A DNA stretch of 64,000 bases from positions 18,848,001 through 18,912,000 of the forward strand of contig NC_088811.1 of the NCBI RefSeq assembly GCF_011386835.1, written 5' to 3'. Every line of letters begins with the position of its first letter. Position 1 is the stretch's first letter. The position numbers and the translations under genes were made by a program. Below the pieces are notes generated by a model, which was not told the DNA's origin, did no database searches, and saw only the letters and a program-made list of their open reading frames with translations. This document shows positions 13,062-24,888 of the stretch, piece by piece. The DNA is from Chrysemys picta bellii (lineage: Eukaryota).

Positions 13062-13430
13062 GAATCAGAGACCCAGAGGGTTGGAAGGGAACACAAGGGT
13101 CATCTAGTCTAGGCCCCTGCCGAGATGCAGGATTTGTTGTGTCTACACCATCCAAGAGAGATGGCTCCAGCCTCCTCTTGAAAGCCTCCGATGAAGGAGC
13201 TTCCACAACCCCCATAGGTGTCTGGACTGTTGTCCTACTGGTCTCTTACAGTTAGGAAGTTTTTCCTGAGATTTACTCTGCTGTGCTGTAGTTTGAACCT
13301 ATTGCCACTCATCCTGCCCTCTGTGGCAAGAGAGGACAACTTGTCTCCATTTTTTATGGCAGCTTTTCAAGCATTTGAAGGCTGCTATCATGTCCCCCTC
13401 AACCTCCTCTTTTCCAAACTAAACAGACCC
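13062..13430 (-). mobile_element. CR1 LINE 3' fragment
   Basis: Reverse complement of the CR1 3' UTR and ORF2 end (GGTTGGAAGGGA..GGTCATCTAGTC; GAAGGAGCTTCCACAACC; GTTAGGAAGTTTTTCCTGA). Confidence 0.9.
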
Positions 13431-16400
13431 ATGTTCAAGATTCCAAAGGGCTGTCGGATTTATGGAGGGAAAGCTCTGTATGAGAGTTAGGTCCTGCTAC
13501 GACTATGCTCTGTAAGTGCCAAGCTGTATGCACGTACGGGGTCCCCTAGGTGTGCTGCACCGAGGGCTATGGTGCACATGCCAGCTGGGAGCTACAGGTG
13601 CTTCCTGTGTAGCTGCAGAAGTTTGCTCCTCTGGGAGCTATGGATGAATTCTCTCTTCCACATCTGGTGTATGAGAGGGCAACCTCTCCCCGCCCCCCAC
13701 ACATGGGTATTCCTTACTGCTCAATGGAACACTCCTGTAAAGGTTGGTGGGGGTAGAACCTTGCATGTTCACCCCAGGTCTTCCTACTTGAGCTAAAGGA
13801 GTAATTCCATTGGCTGGTAGTAGTAGTAGGCTAGAATTCTGTGTGCGTGCCGGCCACTAGAGGAAGACATGACACCTGAGCCAGCATGTTACATAAACCA
13901 GGGGCAGTGTTGCTGACCTGGCAATGTGCTACCGCCCCATAGGATGTGTGCCTTTAATCAGCGCTCCCTTCCTACCATCAGAGGCTTGGTGCATGGGAAT
14001 TTCCCCCCCATGCCTGTATTATTGAGAACACCGGGGGAGGGGTGATTTTCTACAGGGCTCAGCATAGGCCTACCTCTGCTCCAATTGAAATCAGTGACCC
14101 CACCTGTGCCCTGAAAGCCCAGCTGTGCACATGTGGGGAGGGGACCCTGAATGCCAAGCACAGCTGCAGTCCTTTCACCCACCAGCGGTTAGCATGACCT
14201 ATGGGGCGGACCTACGCAGTCCCCTCCACATCAGTGGCAGCTAGGGGAGCTGGCCACCCGCACAGAGCAGCATACCCTGGCACCTGGGGGCAGCATGCCC
14301 AGTGCACCCTCTTGTATGAGGGGTGAGGAAGAGGGGTCCAGCTGGTAACATGGAAACCAGAGAGGGTGTGAATTTATTCTTCCCTAGTGATGCTGCTGGT
14401 TTACTTTTTAGAGTGTGCAGCACTGCTGGCCCCAAGCCATGAGGCAGGCCTCCAACATTTTAAAAATATTTTAAAAGCTAGAACTGTGGGGCTGTCTTTG
14501 CCTTCTGGTTCCTGAGCCCTTATGGGTCAGGCTTTCCAACCTTCCTTCACACCTGGGAGGGTCCGACCATTACTTTGTCTGTCATGAAAGCTGACCACAC
14601 TCACCGGCTGCCCAGAGACTTCCCCACCGTGGAGTGGGTAGAGTTTTACAGCAATGTGCAATGGGAGAGCAGGGAAAGGGGGAGTCTGGGTCCATGTCTA
14701 CACGACGGGGAATACAGCGGCACAGCAGAAGGGGCTTTTCCATTGCTGTAGGACCACCACCACTCTGAACACCACAGAACCATTTTTCAATCCACTACCT
14801 GGCCGGTCTGGTCTGGTCTACACAGGAGTTAGGGCAGCACAGTACTGCCTGTATATGGATTTTTCATAGCCCCGAGAGCAGTAGCGATGTCATGCTAACA
14901 GGCCTGGCTGTGTGTGGGTGGAATTTGGGCAAGTGGGAGGGCCACCGTTCCTCCCGGGGCAGAGTTGGGGTGTAGGGCACAGCCGTTGTGCGAGTGATAA
15001 GGTTTCTCTCCAGGCAGGGCTACAGGGAGTCTATGGCGCTGGCTGCCTTTACATGTCGTTTCCTTGTGGTGTAGGCGTGTGTGAGGGGCTTACGTACAGA
15101 ACCTCAGCGGGCACACCCAAAACAGCGCTTACACGCAACCATGGTTAGACAGTATTTCAAAAAAAACAAAGGCGGGGCTTCCTGAGATGAACGCTCCGGT
15201 ACACAGAATCCCGCCACCTGGGCAGGGGTGGGGGGCTCATGCAATGGCGAAGGGGAGCAGATCTACCCTTGTGATGGCGAATGGGGAAAGGGAAACCAGG
15301 ACCACCACTGCGGAGGGGAGGAAAGCGTTCTACACAGTGGCACACGGAAAGGGACATGTAAACCTGGCTGGTAAGATGTGGTCTGCACGGTGACAAACAG
15401 AGCCTGGTCCAGCTCCTTGCTGAACAGCCCGAACAACTCAGCCTCTTATCCTCCTGCACCCCCAGGAGAACACCTCAACCTGCTTTGAGGCCCTTCTCCG
15501 CACTGCCCCCAGGGACGGAGCAGATAGACCCAGGCCCTGCTGGCCCCACGCCGAGAACCATCCCTGGGAGCAGGAAACCAGGGCTCACCATGAAATGAAC
15601 CTGCATCCTGTGTGCCACGTGGAACGGCCTCGTCGGCATGCAGTGAAACCGTACTATGCAAAGCAGCAGCGTGGGGGACCGATCAATAATAAATGACTCG
15701 GGGGAAGACAGAAATAGAAGAAGAAAATGATCCTTTAGTTGGGCTGGAAACATGGAGTATCCCACTCTGCTTTCCCTGCAACCCTTTCCTGGCCGACAGG
15801 ACCATTCATGGGCTAATGTGGATGTGTAGATCTTTCCCTGCTCTCAGCGCAGCTCAGAGGGGAGGGGGGGGGGGGAAGGGGGGCAGTCACGCTGGGGCGG
15901 TGGCCCAGTGATTCGGTTCTGCCTTTCCAGCTTTCAGTCACTCAGGTCCAAGTGGATTCCAGGCTCTCTGTGCCCAGTGTGCTCCGCCGAAGGGAGGGGC
16001 ACTCCCCCCGCGATCAAACACCGTGTGCATCTTCCCGTACGTGTGTATGGAGAGAAGAGTCATGTCTGCACAGGAGGGTGGGTGGGGCACGATGCTGCCT
16101 GGGCCCCACTGATGGACAGTTAAGAACCAGCACATTTTTTAGCGACAAAAATATTTTATGAGAGAGGATTAAGAGCTAATCCTTCCCGGTGTGTCTAACC
16201 CAGGGGCAAGACAGCCACAACAACAGGCTGCAAATGCCAAGGAGGGAGGGGAACTGTGTGGGCTGCCACACGAGGCAGAGCTGGGAGTAACGAGGACAGA
16301 ATTCAGAAGGGGACACTGGGGCAGACAGCAAGCTGTGGTGTGGCATGGCGTGGGTCTGTCCCCCAGCTAGGCCCAATTCCTGGGGCTCCAGCAAAAACTC

Positions 16401-16465
16401 TTTAAAAAAAAATGTACAAAAAGGACCACCACACAGATTGCCAAGGAAATGGACCGGGCGATCTA

Positions 16466-16547
16466 GTGATGTCACGGGAAGTGGGCCAGGCAATCCAGTG
16501 ATGTCACAGGAAGTGGGCCAGGCAATCCAGTGATGTCACAGGCAATG
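16466..16547. repeat. 32-bp tandem repeat, about 2.5 copies
   Basis: GTGATGTCACRGGAAGTGGGCCAGGCAATCCA starts at 16466, 16498 and 16530 (third copy partial). Confidence 0.95.
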
Positions 16548-17509
16548 CTCATCTTTAGCTCTGTAGTGCTGTGCTCTCTCTCTTTAAACTCTCAGACTCG
16601 GCACTATGTGATCCAGCCTCCTCCCGGCTTCCCTGCAAACCAAGATGCTCTTCTCCACCCAACTTGGTCACGGAAACAATGGCCAGCCCCTCTAGGAGCA
16701 GAGCCACCCAGCAGCACCCAGCTGTGAGGACCAGGCAGGAATCACCGGACACACACATGAAGTCATTGGGCCAGCACTTTTGCATCTAAAATGTGCTCCT
16801 TAACCTCTGTAAGCCTCGGGGAATTGAGTTTCATGCATCAGTGCTACAGCGTAGTCTGCGGAAGGCACACACACGAACGCACACCTCCACACGCACACAC
16901 ACCCCCAGGCCAGCCGGCCACTCAGACTTCCTCCGAGTGAGCTGCAGCGTGTGAGCAAAGCTCTCGCTCTCTCTGCCAGAGTGCACGCACTCAATTCTGT
17001 TCTGTTTTTCCTTCCCCACGGGCTGTGGAATCCCACCACCCAGCGTTTGCTAGGGCGCTGGCGCCCAGCTACTGCAGAGCCCTGGGATGCCAATTCTTGT
17101 AAACAGCAACTCAAATGAAATTTCACTGGGACAAGGTCATTCAGCCTCTCTTCCCATGGGAGCTGCTGCCACAAGAAATTCTGCTGCCAACCCCCAGCAG
17201 AGACTCGCAGTGCTGGGGAGAGGATCGGCCTTGGAGAGACAGGCAGCTCGCTCACACCCTGGCCTTATTTTGAACGGCAGAGACACTGACACAGCTCAAC
17301 CTGTTCTCAGGGCAGCCACCCTCACACACACTGCGCTAGACCGGCAGGAAGAATTTCACCTGTATATAAGGAGCGGGAAGTGGAGGCCTTCGTGCTGCTC
17401 TGGCCCTGGGTCAGTTGCACGGTTGTGCTCACGCACACTGCTGTGGGGTCAGAGTGCCTGCAGGAACTGGATGGGTTTGCTCAGTCCACAGAACTGAAAA
17501 GCTACAAAA

Positions 17510-17880
17510 AAACTGCAGAGCTACGATTCATTTGCAAATTTAACACCATTAATTTGGGCTTGAATAGGGACTGGGTGTGGCTGGCTCACTATAAAAGCAA
17601 TTTTCCCTCTCTTGGTATGGACACCTCCTCATCAGTTATTGGGAGTGGACCACCTCCACCCTGACTGAATTGGCCTTGTCAACACTGGTTCTCCCCTTGT
17701 GTGGTAACTCCCTTCTCTTCATGTGCCAGTATATTTACGCCTGTATCTGTAATTTTCACTCCATGCATCTGAAGAAGTGGATTTTTTACCCACAAAAGGT
17801 TATAAATCTGTTAGTTTTTAAGGTGCCACCGGACTCCTCTTTGTTTTTGTGGGTACAGACTAACACGGCTACCCCCTGAT
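17510..17880 (+). mobile_element. Penelope-like element 3' fragment (GIY-YIG endonuclease C-terminus plus pLTR)
   Basis: TAELRFICKFNTINLGLNRDWVWLAHYKS (ORF 17380-17664) followed by the pLTR ending ACAGACTAACACGGCTACCCCCTGATAC. Confidence 0.85.
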
Positions 17881-18486
17881 ACAGAAGCACAGCGTTTACC
17901 TCACAGAAAATAGCTGGGTTTCTCCTCAACAAAGGAATCTGGTTGTCACTGCCTTGACCTTGCTACATATAACACCCCGTTGCATTTCTCTCCGCCCCGG
18001 TCACCCCACAGCACTGTACTATGGCGGACGGGCCTATGGCCCCCATTGAGTGGTGGGGAAGCTGAGGCAGAGAGGCCTCTGTTCCTAAAGAAACTAGGTG
18101 TAAGGTACTTCACAGGCAGACAGGCCCTGCTCTCCCCATCTTTCTCTTCCTTCCTGCTGGCTGGCTGCTTTGGGGAGTACTCGCTACCCACCCCGAGCCA
18201 TGAAATGAAGGGCTGAGACGGGTCCACTCGGTGTCTGGGTCTGGCATACAGAACTGTGGCTGAAATGAACCCCAAGGAATTCCCAGTGCACCCAGGAAGG
18301 GCAGAGCCTGCAGCCTCAGGCCTGTGCCACCACAGCGAGTGAAGGTAGAGGCCAGAGGAGAGCGGAGGTCGGGACAATACGGACAGGGCAGAGGTCAGTG
18401 TCTAGCACAGGGGTGATGGCAGGGTGATCGCACAGGTCAAGAGCGTAGCACGGTTGTGCACAATGGCAGAAAATAATGAGCCGACG

Positions 18487-19078
18487 TGTGACGGGGTGTC
18501 TACCCCACACAAAGCCGCAGGGGTTACGATGGCTAAGTGGGCCGAGGAGCAGCCAGCCAGGGAGCAGGGAACTGACTGAAAGCAGGCTCAGTTATATAAG
18601 CCAGGAAACTGGCAAGAGAAGCAGGCTGCAGTCACTCCCTGGGAGAAGGGAGGTGCGACAGGGGTTAGAGGTAGTCCACAGTTACTCCCTGAGAAGAGGG
18701 AGGCAGGCGAACCCAGAGAGGGGGGGAAGCCAGGAAGAGAGGAGAAGACTCCAGGGAAAAGCAGCAAGGAACAGGGCTGCAAACCTTGGCTGCTGTTGAG
18801 AGGGTCCCTGAGCCAGGACCCAGGGTAGAGGGCAGGTCTGGGCCCCCTACCAGCCATTGATGAAGTGGCACTGGTGGGGCAGCAAGCAGGAAGACTGCCT
18901 GAGCCACTCACTGAGAAGACAAATCACGAAGAGCAAGCTCCGCTCCTGAAGCAAGAGCGGCCGCAGGGTGAGACAAGACGGGTGGAGAAACCACCAGAGG
19001 AGTGCGCAACACCTGGAAGAGCTAATCCCCAGAGTGACTGGCAGGAGGCGCCACCTGCAGCGAGTGGACCCGGTGACA
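18487..19078 (+). mobile_element. Solo LTR (Gypsy-type)
   Basis: TGTGAC...GTGACA termini, a TATA-like TTATATAAGC at about 18590, and flanks CGACG / TGATG, which fit a 5-bp TSD after two CpG transitions. Confidence 0.8.
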
Positions 19079-19134
19079 TGATGGGACAAGGGCAGAGCAC
19101 CTCCTCAGGTCAGAGTTCAAGGAAAGAATGATGC

Positions 19135-20240
19135 CTAGAACGTGGGGTTAGAAGGGACCAGGAGAGTCATCTAGTCTAATTAACCCCCTGCCAGGATGCA
19201 GGATTTGTGGTTCTAAACCATCCAAGGCAGGTGACTATCCAGCCTTCTTTTGAAAACCTCCAGTGAAGGAGCTTCCACGACCTCCCAAGGCATCTGCTCC
19301 ATTGGCCGCCTGTTCTTACAGTTAGGAAGATTTTCCTGAGTTTTAATCTAAATCTGCTCTGCTGGAGTTTGCGCCCAGGGCCTCTTGTCCTGCCCTCTAT
19401 GGCAAGACAGAACAACTTTTCTTCATCTTTTTTTAATGGCAGCCTTTCAAGTATCTGAAGACCGCTATCATATCCCCATTTATCTCCTCTTTTCTAAACT
19501 AAACATACCCAGTTCCTTCAGCCTTTGCTCGTGTGGTTTGCATTCCAGCCCTTTGATCACCTGTCACATGCCTCTGGATCCTTTCCAGTTTCTCTACATC
19601 CTTTCTGTGCATTAGTGACCAAAATTGGACACAGTACTGCAGCTGAGGCCTACCCAGCGCCGATTAGAGCGGTACTATCACCTCCAGTGACTTGCATGCG
19701 ATGCCTCTGTTCATGCAACTTAAAATTGCATTTGCTTTTTTTTGCAACAGCAGCGCATTGCTGACTCATGTTGAGGTTGTGATCCACAACTCCCAGATCC
19801 TTCTCAGCAGCGCTGCTGCCAAGCCAGTTATCCCCCATTGTGTATTTGTGCATTTGGTTTTTCTTCCCTAAGTGTAGCACCTTACATTTGTCTTTGTTGA
19901 ATTTCATTTTATTGTCTATAGTCCAGTTCTCCAATTTATCCAGATCCCTCTGAATTTTAGCTCTGTCCTCCAAAGTGTTGGCAACCCCCACAGCTGTGTC
20001 TCATCTGCAAACCTGATCAGTGTGCTCTCTAGTCCTACATCCAGGTCATTAATAAAGATGTTAAACAACACCGGACCCAGAACAGATCCCTGTGGAACCC
20101 CACTTGAGACCTCCCTCCAATCCTACATCATTCCATTAATAGTTACTCTTTGTTTGTGGTTGTTCAACCAATTATGTATCCATTTAATGGTAGTTCTGCC
20201 GAGCCTGCATTTCTCCAACTAACTTATCAGATTGTCACGT
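19135..20240 (-). mobile_element. CR1 LINE 3' part (RT C-terminus and 3' UTR)
   Basis: ORF 19650-19991 (-): [33 protein letters not shown]; the [10 protein letters not shown] region lies near 20070-20100; CR1 tail at 19140-19200. Confidence 0.95.
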
Positions 20241-20725
20241 GGGAAGGGGTGAAGCAGAGCTCTGTGGGGGAGAGGAGCTGGGAGTGTCGGGGACAGGGGC
20301 AGAGCTTTGAAAGATGCCCACATATTCTTCAAACTGTCCCAGACAGAGGGATCCTAGGGAAGATGAAGTGACATCTCCTCACAGATAACACCCTCCACCA
20401 GGTCAGAACAAGCTCCACCAGCCATAAACTGGCCAACCTATACATCCTGATCTGCCTCTGTGCCTGTCTGCTCCACTGGTCTGTCAATGGCAGGCACTCC
20501 CTCGGTGCTGTGAGTAATAACAGCAATAAATTATCATTTGAGATAATCCTCAAATACTTTTGCATGACCCTCCCACAACAGCCAACCCACCTCAGTGCAA
20601 ATAAACCCCCAGCACACAGCGTAACACATACCTACGTTTACCGACCGAACAACAATTACTGAAGCACACCTAGAGACATACAGACAATGCCCTTCTCCAG
20701 AACAGGGAGCAATGCAGCAGCAGAT

Positions 20726-20912
20726 GGGGAGGGATAGCTCAGTGGTTTGAGCATTGGCCTGCTAAACCCAGGGTTGTGAGTTCAATCCTTGAGGGGGTCA
20801 TTTAGGGATCTGGGGCAAAAATCTGATCTGTCTGGGGATTGGTCCTGCTTTGAGCAGGGGGTTGGACTAGATGACCTCCTGAGGTCCCTTCCAACCCTCA
20901 TATTCTATGATC
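20726..20912 (+). mobile_element. Tortoise Pol III SINE (tRNA-derived head, CR1-derived tail)
   Basis: GGGGAGGGATAGCTCAGTGGTTTGAGCATTGGCCTGCTAAACCCAGGGTTGTGAGTTCAATCC (A and B boxes) and the CR1 tail GAGGTCCCTTCCAACCC..ATTCTATGAT. Confidence 0.95.
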
Positions 20913-21178
20913 CTCTACCTGCAAGAGAGAAATGTGTCTCTTCCCTGGAGCCAGCAACCAGTCTGGCAGCTCCACTTTCCCACCCCTCCCCCTTTTCCAA
21001 GCTCAGATCATAGAAGACCAGTGAAAAGTCACAGCTCCCCAGAGCACAAAGCAACGGTTAAGAGGGCAGGCCCAAAAACGACAGTTCTGTTTTGTGACTA
21101 AGTCTGAGGTCCCAACATTTGTTTTCATCCCCATGCTGAACAAAAATGAGATTTTTTGAAATGTTTTGTGTAAAGGGG

Positions 21179-21378
21179 GGGGAGGGATAACTCAGTGGTT
21201 TGAGCATTGGCCTGCTAAACCCAGGGTTGTGAGTTCAATCCTTGAGGGGGCCACTTGGGGATCTGGGGCAAAATCAGTACTTGGTCCTGCTAGTGAAGGC
21301 AGGGGGCTGGACTCGATGACCTTTCAAGGTCCCTTCCAGTTCTAGGAGATGGGATATCTCCATTTATTATTATTATTA
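21179..21378 (+). mobile_element. Tortoise Pol III SINE, second subfamily
   Basis: Nearly the same tRNA head as 20726 but a different tail (TAGTGAAGGCAGGGGGCTGGACTCGATGACCTTTCAAGG..GGGATATCTCC) ending in (ATT)n. Confidence 0.95.
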
Positions 21379-21513
21379 AGGTGTAATATATATATATATA
21401 TAAAAAAAAGTGCACAAGCGAGTCCCCAGAAGAGCTAATAGCCCAGTGGTCTGGGCACTCACCTAGGATGGGAGAGATCCAGGTTCAAGTCTTTGCTCTG
21501 GGGCAGTGTCTTG

Positions 21514-21620
21514 GGGCACATCTACACTAGGAACTTAAGTCGACCTACGACCTAACATAGTCCTGTCCACACTGCCCTTCTTCTGTCGGGGGTGCGAATC
21601 CTCACCAGGAACGCTTCCAC
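21514..21620 (+). mobile_element. Degenerate non-autonomous Harbinger end
   Basis: GGGCACATCTACACTA resembles the Harbinger TIR and is followed by GTCGAC and GTCCACACT subterminal motifs; the right end was not found. Confidence 0.55.
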
Positions 21621-23105
21621 GGACTTAAAAGGGGCAGCATGAGCGGGGCCACATGCCTGGCCCACAGCTCCACCGCTGGGAGCCCAGTGGGCTGGGGGAG
21701 CCAGGACCTGGGGGGCAGCCTGGATCCAAGTGGGGAGCGGGGCAGGTGCAGTTGCATTGTGGGGTGTGACCTTTAAAACTTCAGCCGTGACTCTGGAACC
21801 AGCTGTAAATCTGACAAAGACGGAAAGAGTTTATGCTCTCAGAGCCTGCCAGAGAATGCACCTCACATACAATTCCCTTCACTGACACCATCCACAATCT
21901 CAGTGCTAACCAGACTCTGCAAATCAAGTTCTGCACTAAAAGAACAGATGAGAAAGTACCACGCTGTTTGTCCACACCTCGCAGGTGTGTTCCAGGTGCT
22001 GCATTTGAGCACCTAGTTGTTCTCCTTGGACATGCTGAGCTCCATACCAGTCAGGGAAATAAGACTTCACACTACTTTAGTACTTTCCACTATTTCATTC
22101 TGTTCTAGTCAGGCTCCTTATACTGCACCCATCACCATGATATCCAGTGCCAAATCCCTCTGGGAGAAAACACAGAAAACATCCACCCCTGAAATGCAGC
22201 CACCTCTGGAGTGGAGCGTGACAGCAGTTTTATTGGGCATGCCAAGACTCCACAAGAAGTAAAGAGCACTAGACCCAACTGAAGCTGCAGACCAGGAGAG
22301 TGCACTTGTCCAGAGGGAAGCTTGGCCAGAATCCTGGGGTAAACAGACTGAATGAGAGTCCTGCTGAGCACAGAGGCTGGGCTGTGCACAGGTGCACAAA
22401 GCGATTGTGTTTTTCTATGGGAGCTAGGCTGACTGGACACCAGTTATCATCTTCAAAGCATGGAGCTCACACTCCACGACGCTCCACCACAGCTGGCTCC
22501 GCTGCTTTGCACCTGAGCTGATGAGAGAGTCAATCTCAGAAGGCCCCAGCCCACCTGAATGGAGAAATGTGGCGCTCTCACCCGGAGAATGGCCAGACTG
22601 CAGCTGCCACGGATTCCCCGAGTGAGGGTCCATCCCACGTACACCCTGCCCCTGGCTCCCGGAGCTTCCCCCTACAGCTTTTTAGGGCAAGAGCTAGGGG
22701 CCCTCATGTTCTGCAGACCTGCCTGCCCACGGCTCATTTCCTGGCAGTGCCTTGGGAGCGTCTCCAGAACTTGGCAGGTCCAGTTTACTGGTTCCTGCTC
22801 AGCAGCTTTTCGGCTGCAGGAAATCAAAGGGGGGAAGGAATACCACTGCCCACACCTAGGAGATGTGGGTGGGCTGTGACAGGAACGTCTCTTTCCCTGT
22901 AATCCACATCAGAAGTGTGGGAACACTTGGAGTCAGGTGGAGGGAAGAGTTCAGAGCCAACAAACCCACTGCAAGAGCCACACAACCACCGGCAGCTTTT
23001 TACTCCATGATTTACTAGGGCTGCGTGCTGCTCCTTCCCAGAGCAGGCGGGATCTGTCTGCACACAGAGCAAACTGTCTCTGGAATGCGGCTGCTGCCGC
23101 GCTAA

Positions 23106-23283
23106 GGCCTTGTCTACACTACGAGAGTAGTTCGATTTTACTTGCATCGAATTTTTGTAATCGATATTGCAAAGTCGAGCGTGTGTGTCCACACTAAGGA
23201 CAGTAATTCGACTTTGTGCGTCCACACTAACGGTGATAGCGTCGACATTCGAAGCGGTGCACTGTGGTCAGCTATCCCACAGT
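23106..23283 (+). repeat. Left TIR and subterminal motif array
   Basis: TIR 23106-23121, seven TCGA cores (23132-23252), GTCCACACTA twice (about 23187 and 23220), and AGCTATCCCACAGT at 23270-23283. Confidence 0.9.
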
Positions 23284-23483
23284 TCCCGCAGTCCCCTCTG
23301 CCCATTGGAATTCTGGGTGTAGCCGGCAATGCCTTCTGGGTAACAAAATGAGTCGAGGGTGCTTTTGGGAAACTGTCGTCATCCGTCCATCACTCCCGCC
23401 CTCCCTCCCTGAAAGCGCCGGCGGGAAAACAGTTCGCGCGCTTTTCCAGTCATTGACAGCGCGGACGCCACTGTACTCCGAGC

Positions 23484-24767
23484 ATGGAGCCCGCTGCGAC
23501 CATCGCTGCAGTTGTGGCCGCTCTCAACGTCTCGCAGCTTATCATAAAGGTTTCCCTGAGGCAGATGCAGAAAAGTCAGGCAAGGAGGCTACGGCACCGC
23601 GGTGATGTCCTGAAGTCTGAGAGTAGCACAGACCTGTCAGAAAGCAGGCGACCCAGCGCCGAGGACATCACAGTGGCAATGGGTCATGTTGATGCCGTGG
23701 AACGGCGATTCTGGGCACGGGAGACAAGCACTGAGTGGTGGGACCGCATAGTGCTGCAGGTCTGGGATGAATCCCAGTGGCTGCGAAACTTTCGCATGCG
23801 GAAGGGAACTTTCCTGGAACTTTGTGAGTTGCTGTCCCCTGCCCTGAAGCGCAGTGACACCCGGTTGCGAGCTGCACTGAGTGTACAGAAGCGAGTGGCC
23901 ATAGCCCTGTGGAAGCTTGCAACGCCAGACAGCTACCGGTCAGTCGCGAACCAGTTTGGGGTGGGCAAATCTACCGTGGGGGTTGTTGTGATGCAAGTAG
24001 CCAAGGCAATCGTTGATGTACTGCTGCCAAAGGTAGTGACCCTGGGAAACGTGGAGGCGATCATAGATGGTTTCGCAGCGATGGGATTCCCAAACTGCGG
24101 TGGGGCCATAGATGGAACTCACATCCCTATCCTGGCACCGGACCACCAGGCCACCCAGTACATTAACCGAAAGGGCTACTTTTCCATGGTGCTGCAAGCA
24201 CTGGTGGACCACAGGGGACGTTTTACCAACATCTACGTGGGATGGCCGGGCAAGGTTCATGACGCTCGTGTTTTCAGGAACTCTGGTCTGTTTAGACGGC
24301 TGCAACAAGGTATTTACTTCCCGGACCACAAAATAACTGTTGGGGATGTGGAGATGCCTATAGTCATCCTCGGGGACCCAGCCTACCCGCTAATGCCCTG
24401 GCTCATGAAGCCCTATACTGGCGCCCTGGACACTGAAAAAGAACTCTTCAACTACCGGCTGAGCAAGTGCAGAATGGTGGTGGAGTGTGCTTTTGGCCGT
24501 CTCAAGGGGAGATGGAGAAGCTTACTGACTCGCTGTGATCTCAGCGAAACCAATATCCCCATTGTTATAGCAGCTTGCTGTGTGCTCCACAATCTCTGTG
24601 AGAGCAAGGGGGAGACCTTTCTGGCGGGGTGGGAGGTTGAGGAAAATAGCCTGGCTGGTGATTACTCACAGCCAGACAGCCGGGCGATTAGAAGAGACCA
24701 GCGGGAAGCGCTGTGCATCCGGGAGGCTTTGAAAGCAAAGTTCCTGAGTGAGCAGGGTAACCTGTGA
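23484..24767 (+). CDS. Harbinger DDE transposase, 427 aa, uninterrupted
   Basis: FRM...F..LC, HTH region (ALWKLATPDSYRSVANQFGVGKST), and catalytic motifs AIDGTH, KVHDARVF, LGDPAYP, VVECAFGRLKGRW. This is the element-encoded transposase, not the domesticated HARBI1 gene. Confidence 0.97.
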   Translation: MEPAATIAAVVAALNVSQLIIKVSLRQMQKSQARRLRHRGDVLKSESSTDLSESRRPSAEDITVAMGHVDAVERRFWARETSTEWWDRIVLQVWDESQWLRNFRMRKGTFLELCELLSPALKRSDTRLRAALSVQKRVAIALWKLATPDSYRSVANQFGVGKSTVGVVVMQVAKAIVDVLLPKVVTLGNVEAIIDGFAAMGFPNCGGAIDGTHIPILAPDHQATQYINRKGYFSMVLQALVDHRGRFTNIYVGWPGKVHDARVFRNSGLFRRLQQGIYFPDHKITVGDVEMPIVILGDPAYPLMPWLMKPYTGALDTEKELFNYRLSKCRMVVECAFGRLKGRWRSLLTRCDLSETNIPIVIAACCVLHNLCESKGETFLAGWEVEENSLAGDYSQPDSRAIRRDQREALCIREALKAKFLSEQGNL

Positions 24768-24882
24768 TTTTATAGTTTGTGTACTGAGAAGCTAAACCTG
24801 CCCCCGTTTCTTTACCCAGGTAATGTTGACTATCCTATCCAGTTACATACCCCCTTCACCCCCCCTCCAACACACGTGTCGA

Positions 24883-24888
24883 AATAAA
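24883..24888 (+). terminator. Putative poly(A) signal of the transposase
   Basis: AATAAA about 115 nt after the stop codon. Confidence 0.6.

Noticed and set aside
15585-15660. Possible minus-strand exon ending ATG|GTGAGC
   Set aside because: The acceptor is ambiguous and the translation is unrecognisable.
20726-21270. Functional tRNA genes
   Set aside because: The tRNA-like heads run directly into CR1-derived tails, so these are SINEs.
63-23100. Many 60-270 aa ORFs in the GC-rich left part (for example 1191-1829, 9632-10432, 10962-11633)
   Set aside because: They overlap in several frames, are rich in Pro/Gly/Ala/Arg and show no recognisable domain, as expected from stop-codon scarcity in GC-rich DNA.
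23484-24767. Domesticated HARBI1 gene
   Set aside because: The ORF lies between TIRs and a TAA TSD with a partner Myb gene, so it is a transposon copy.
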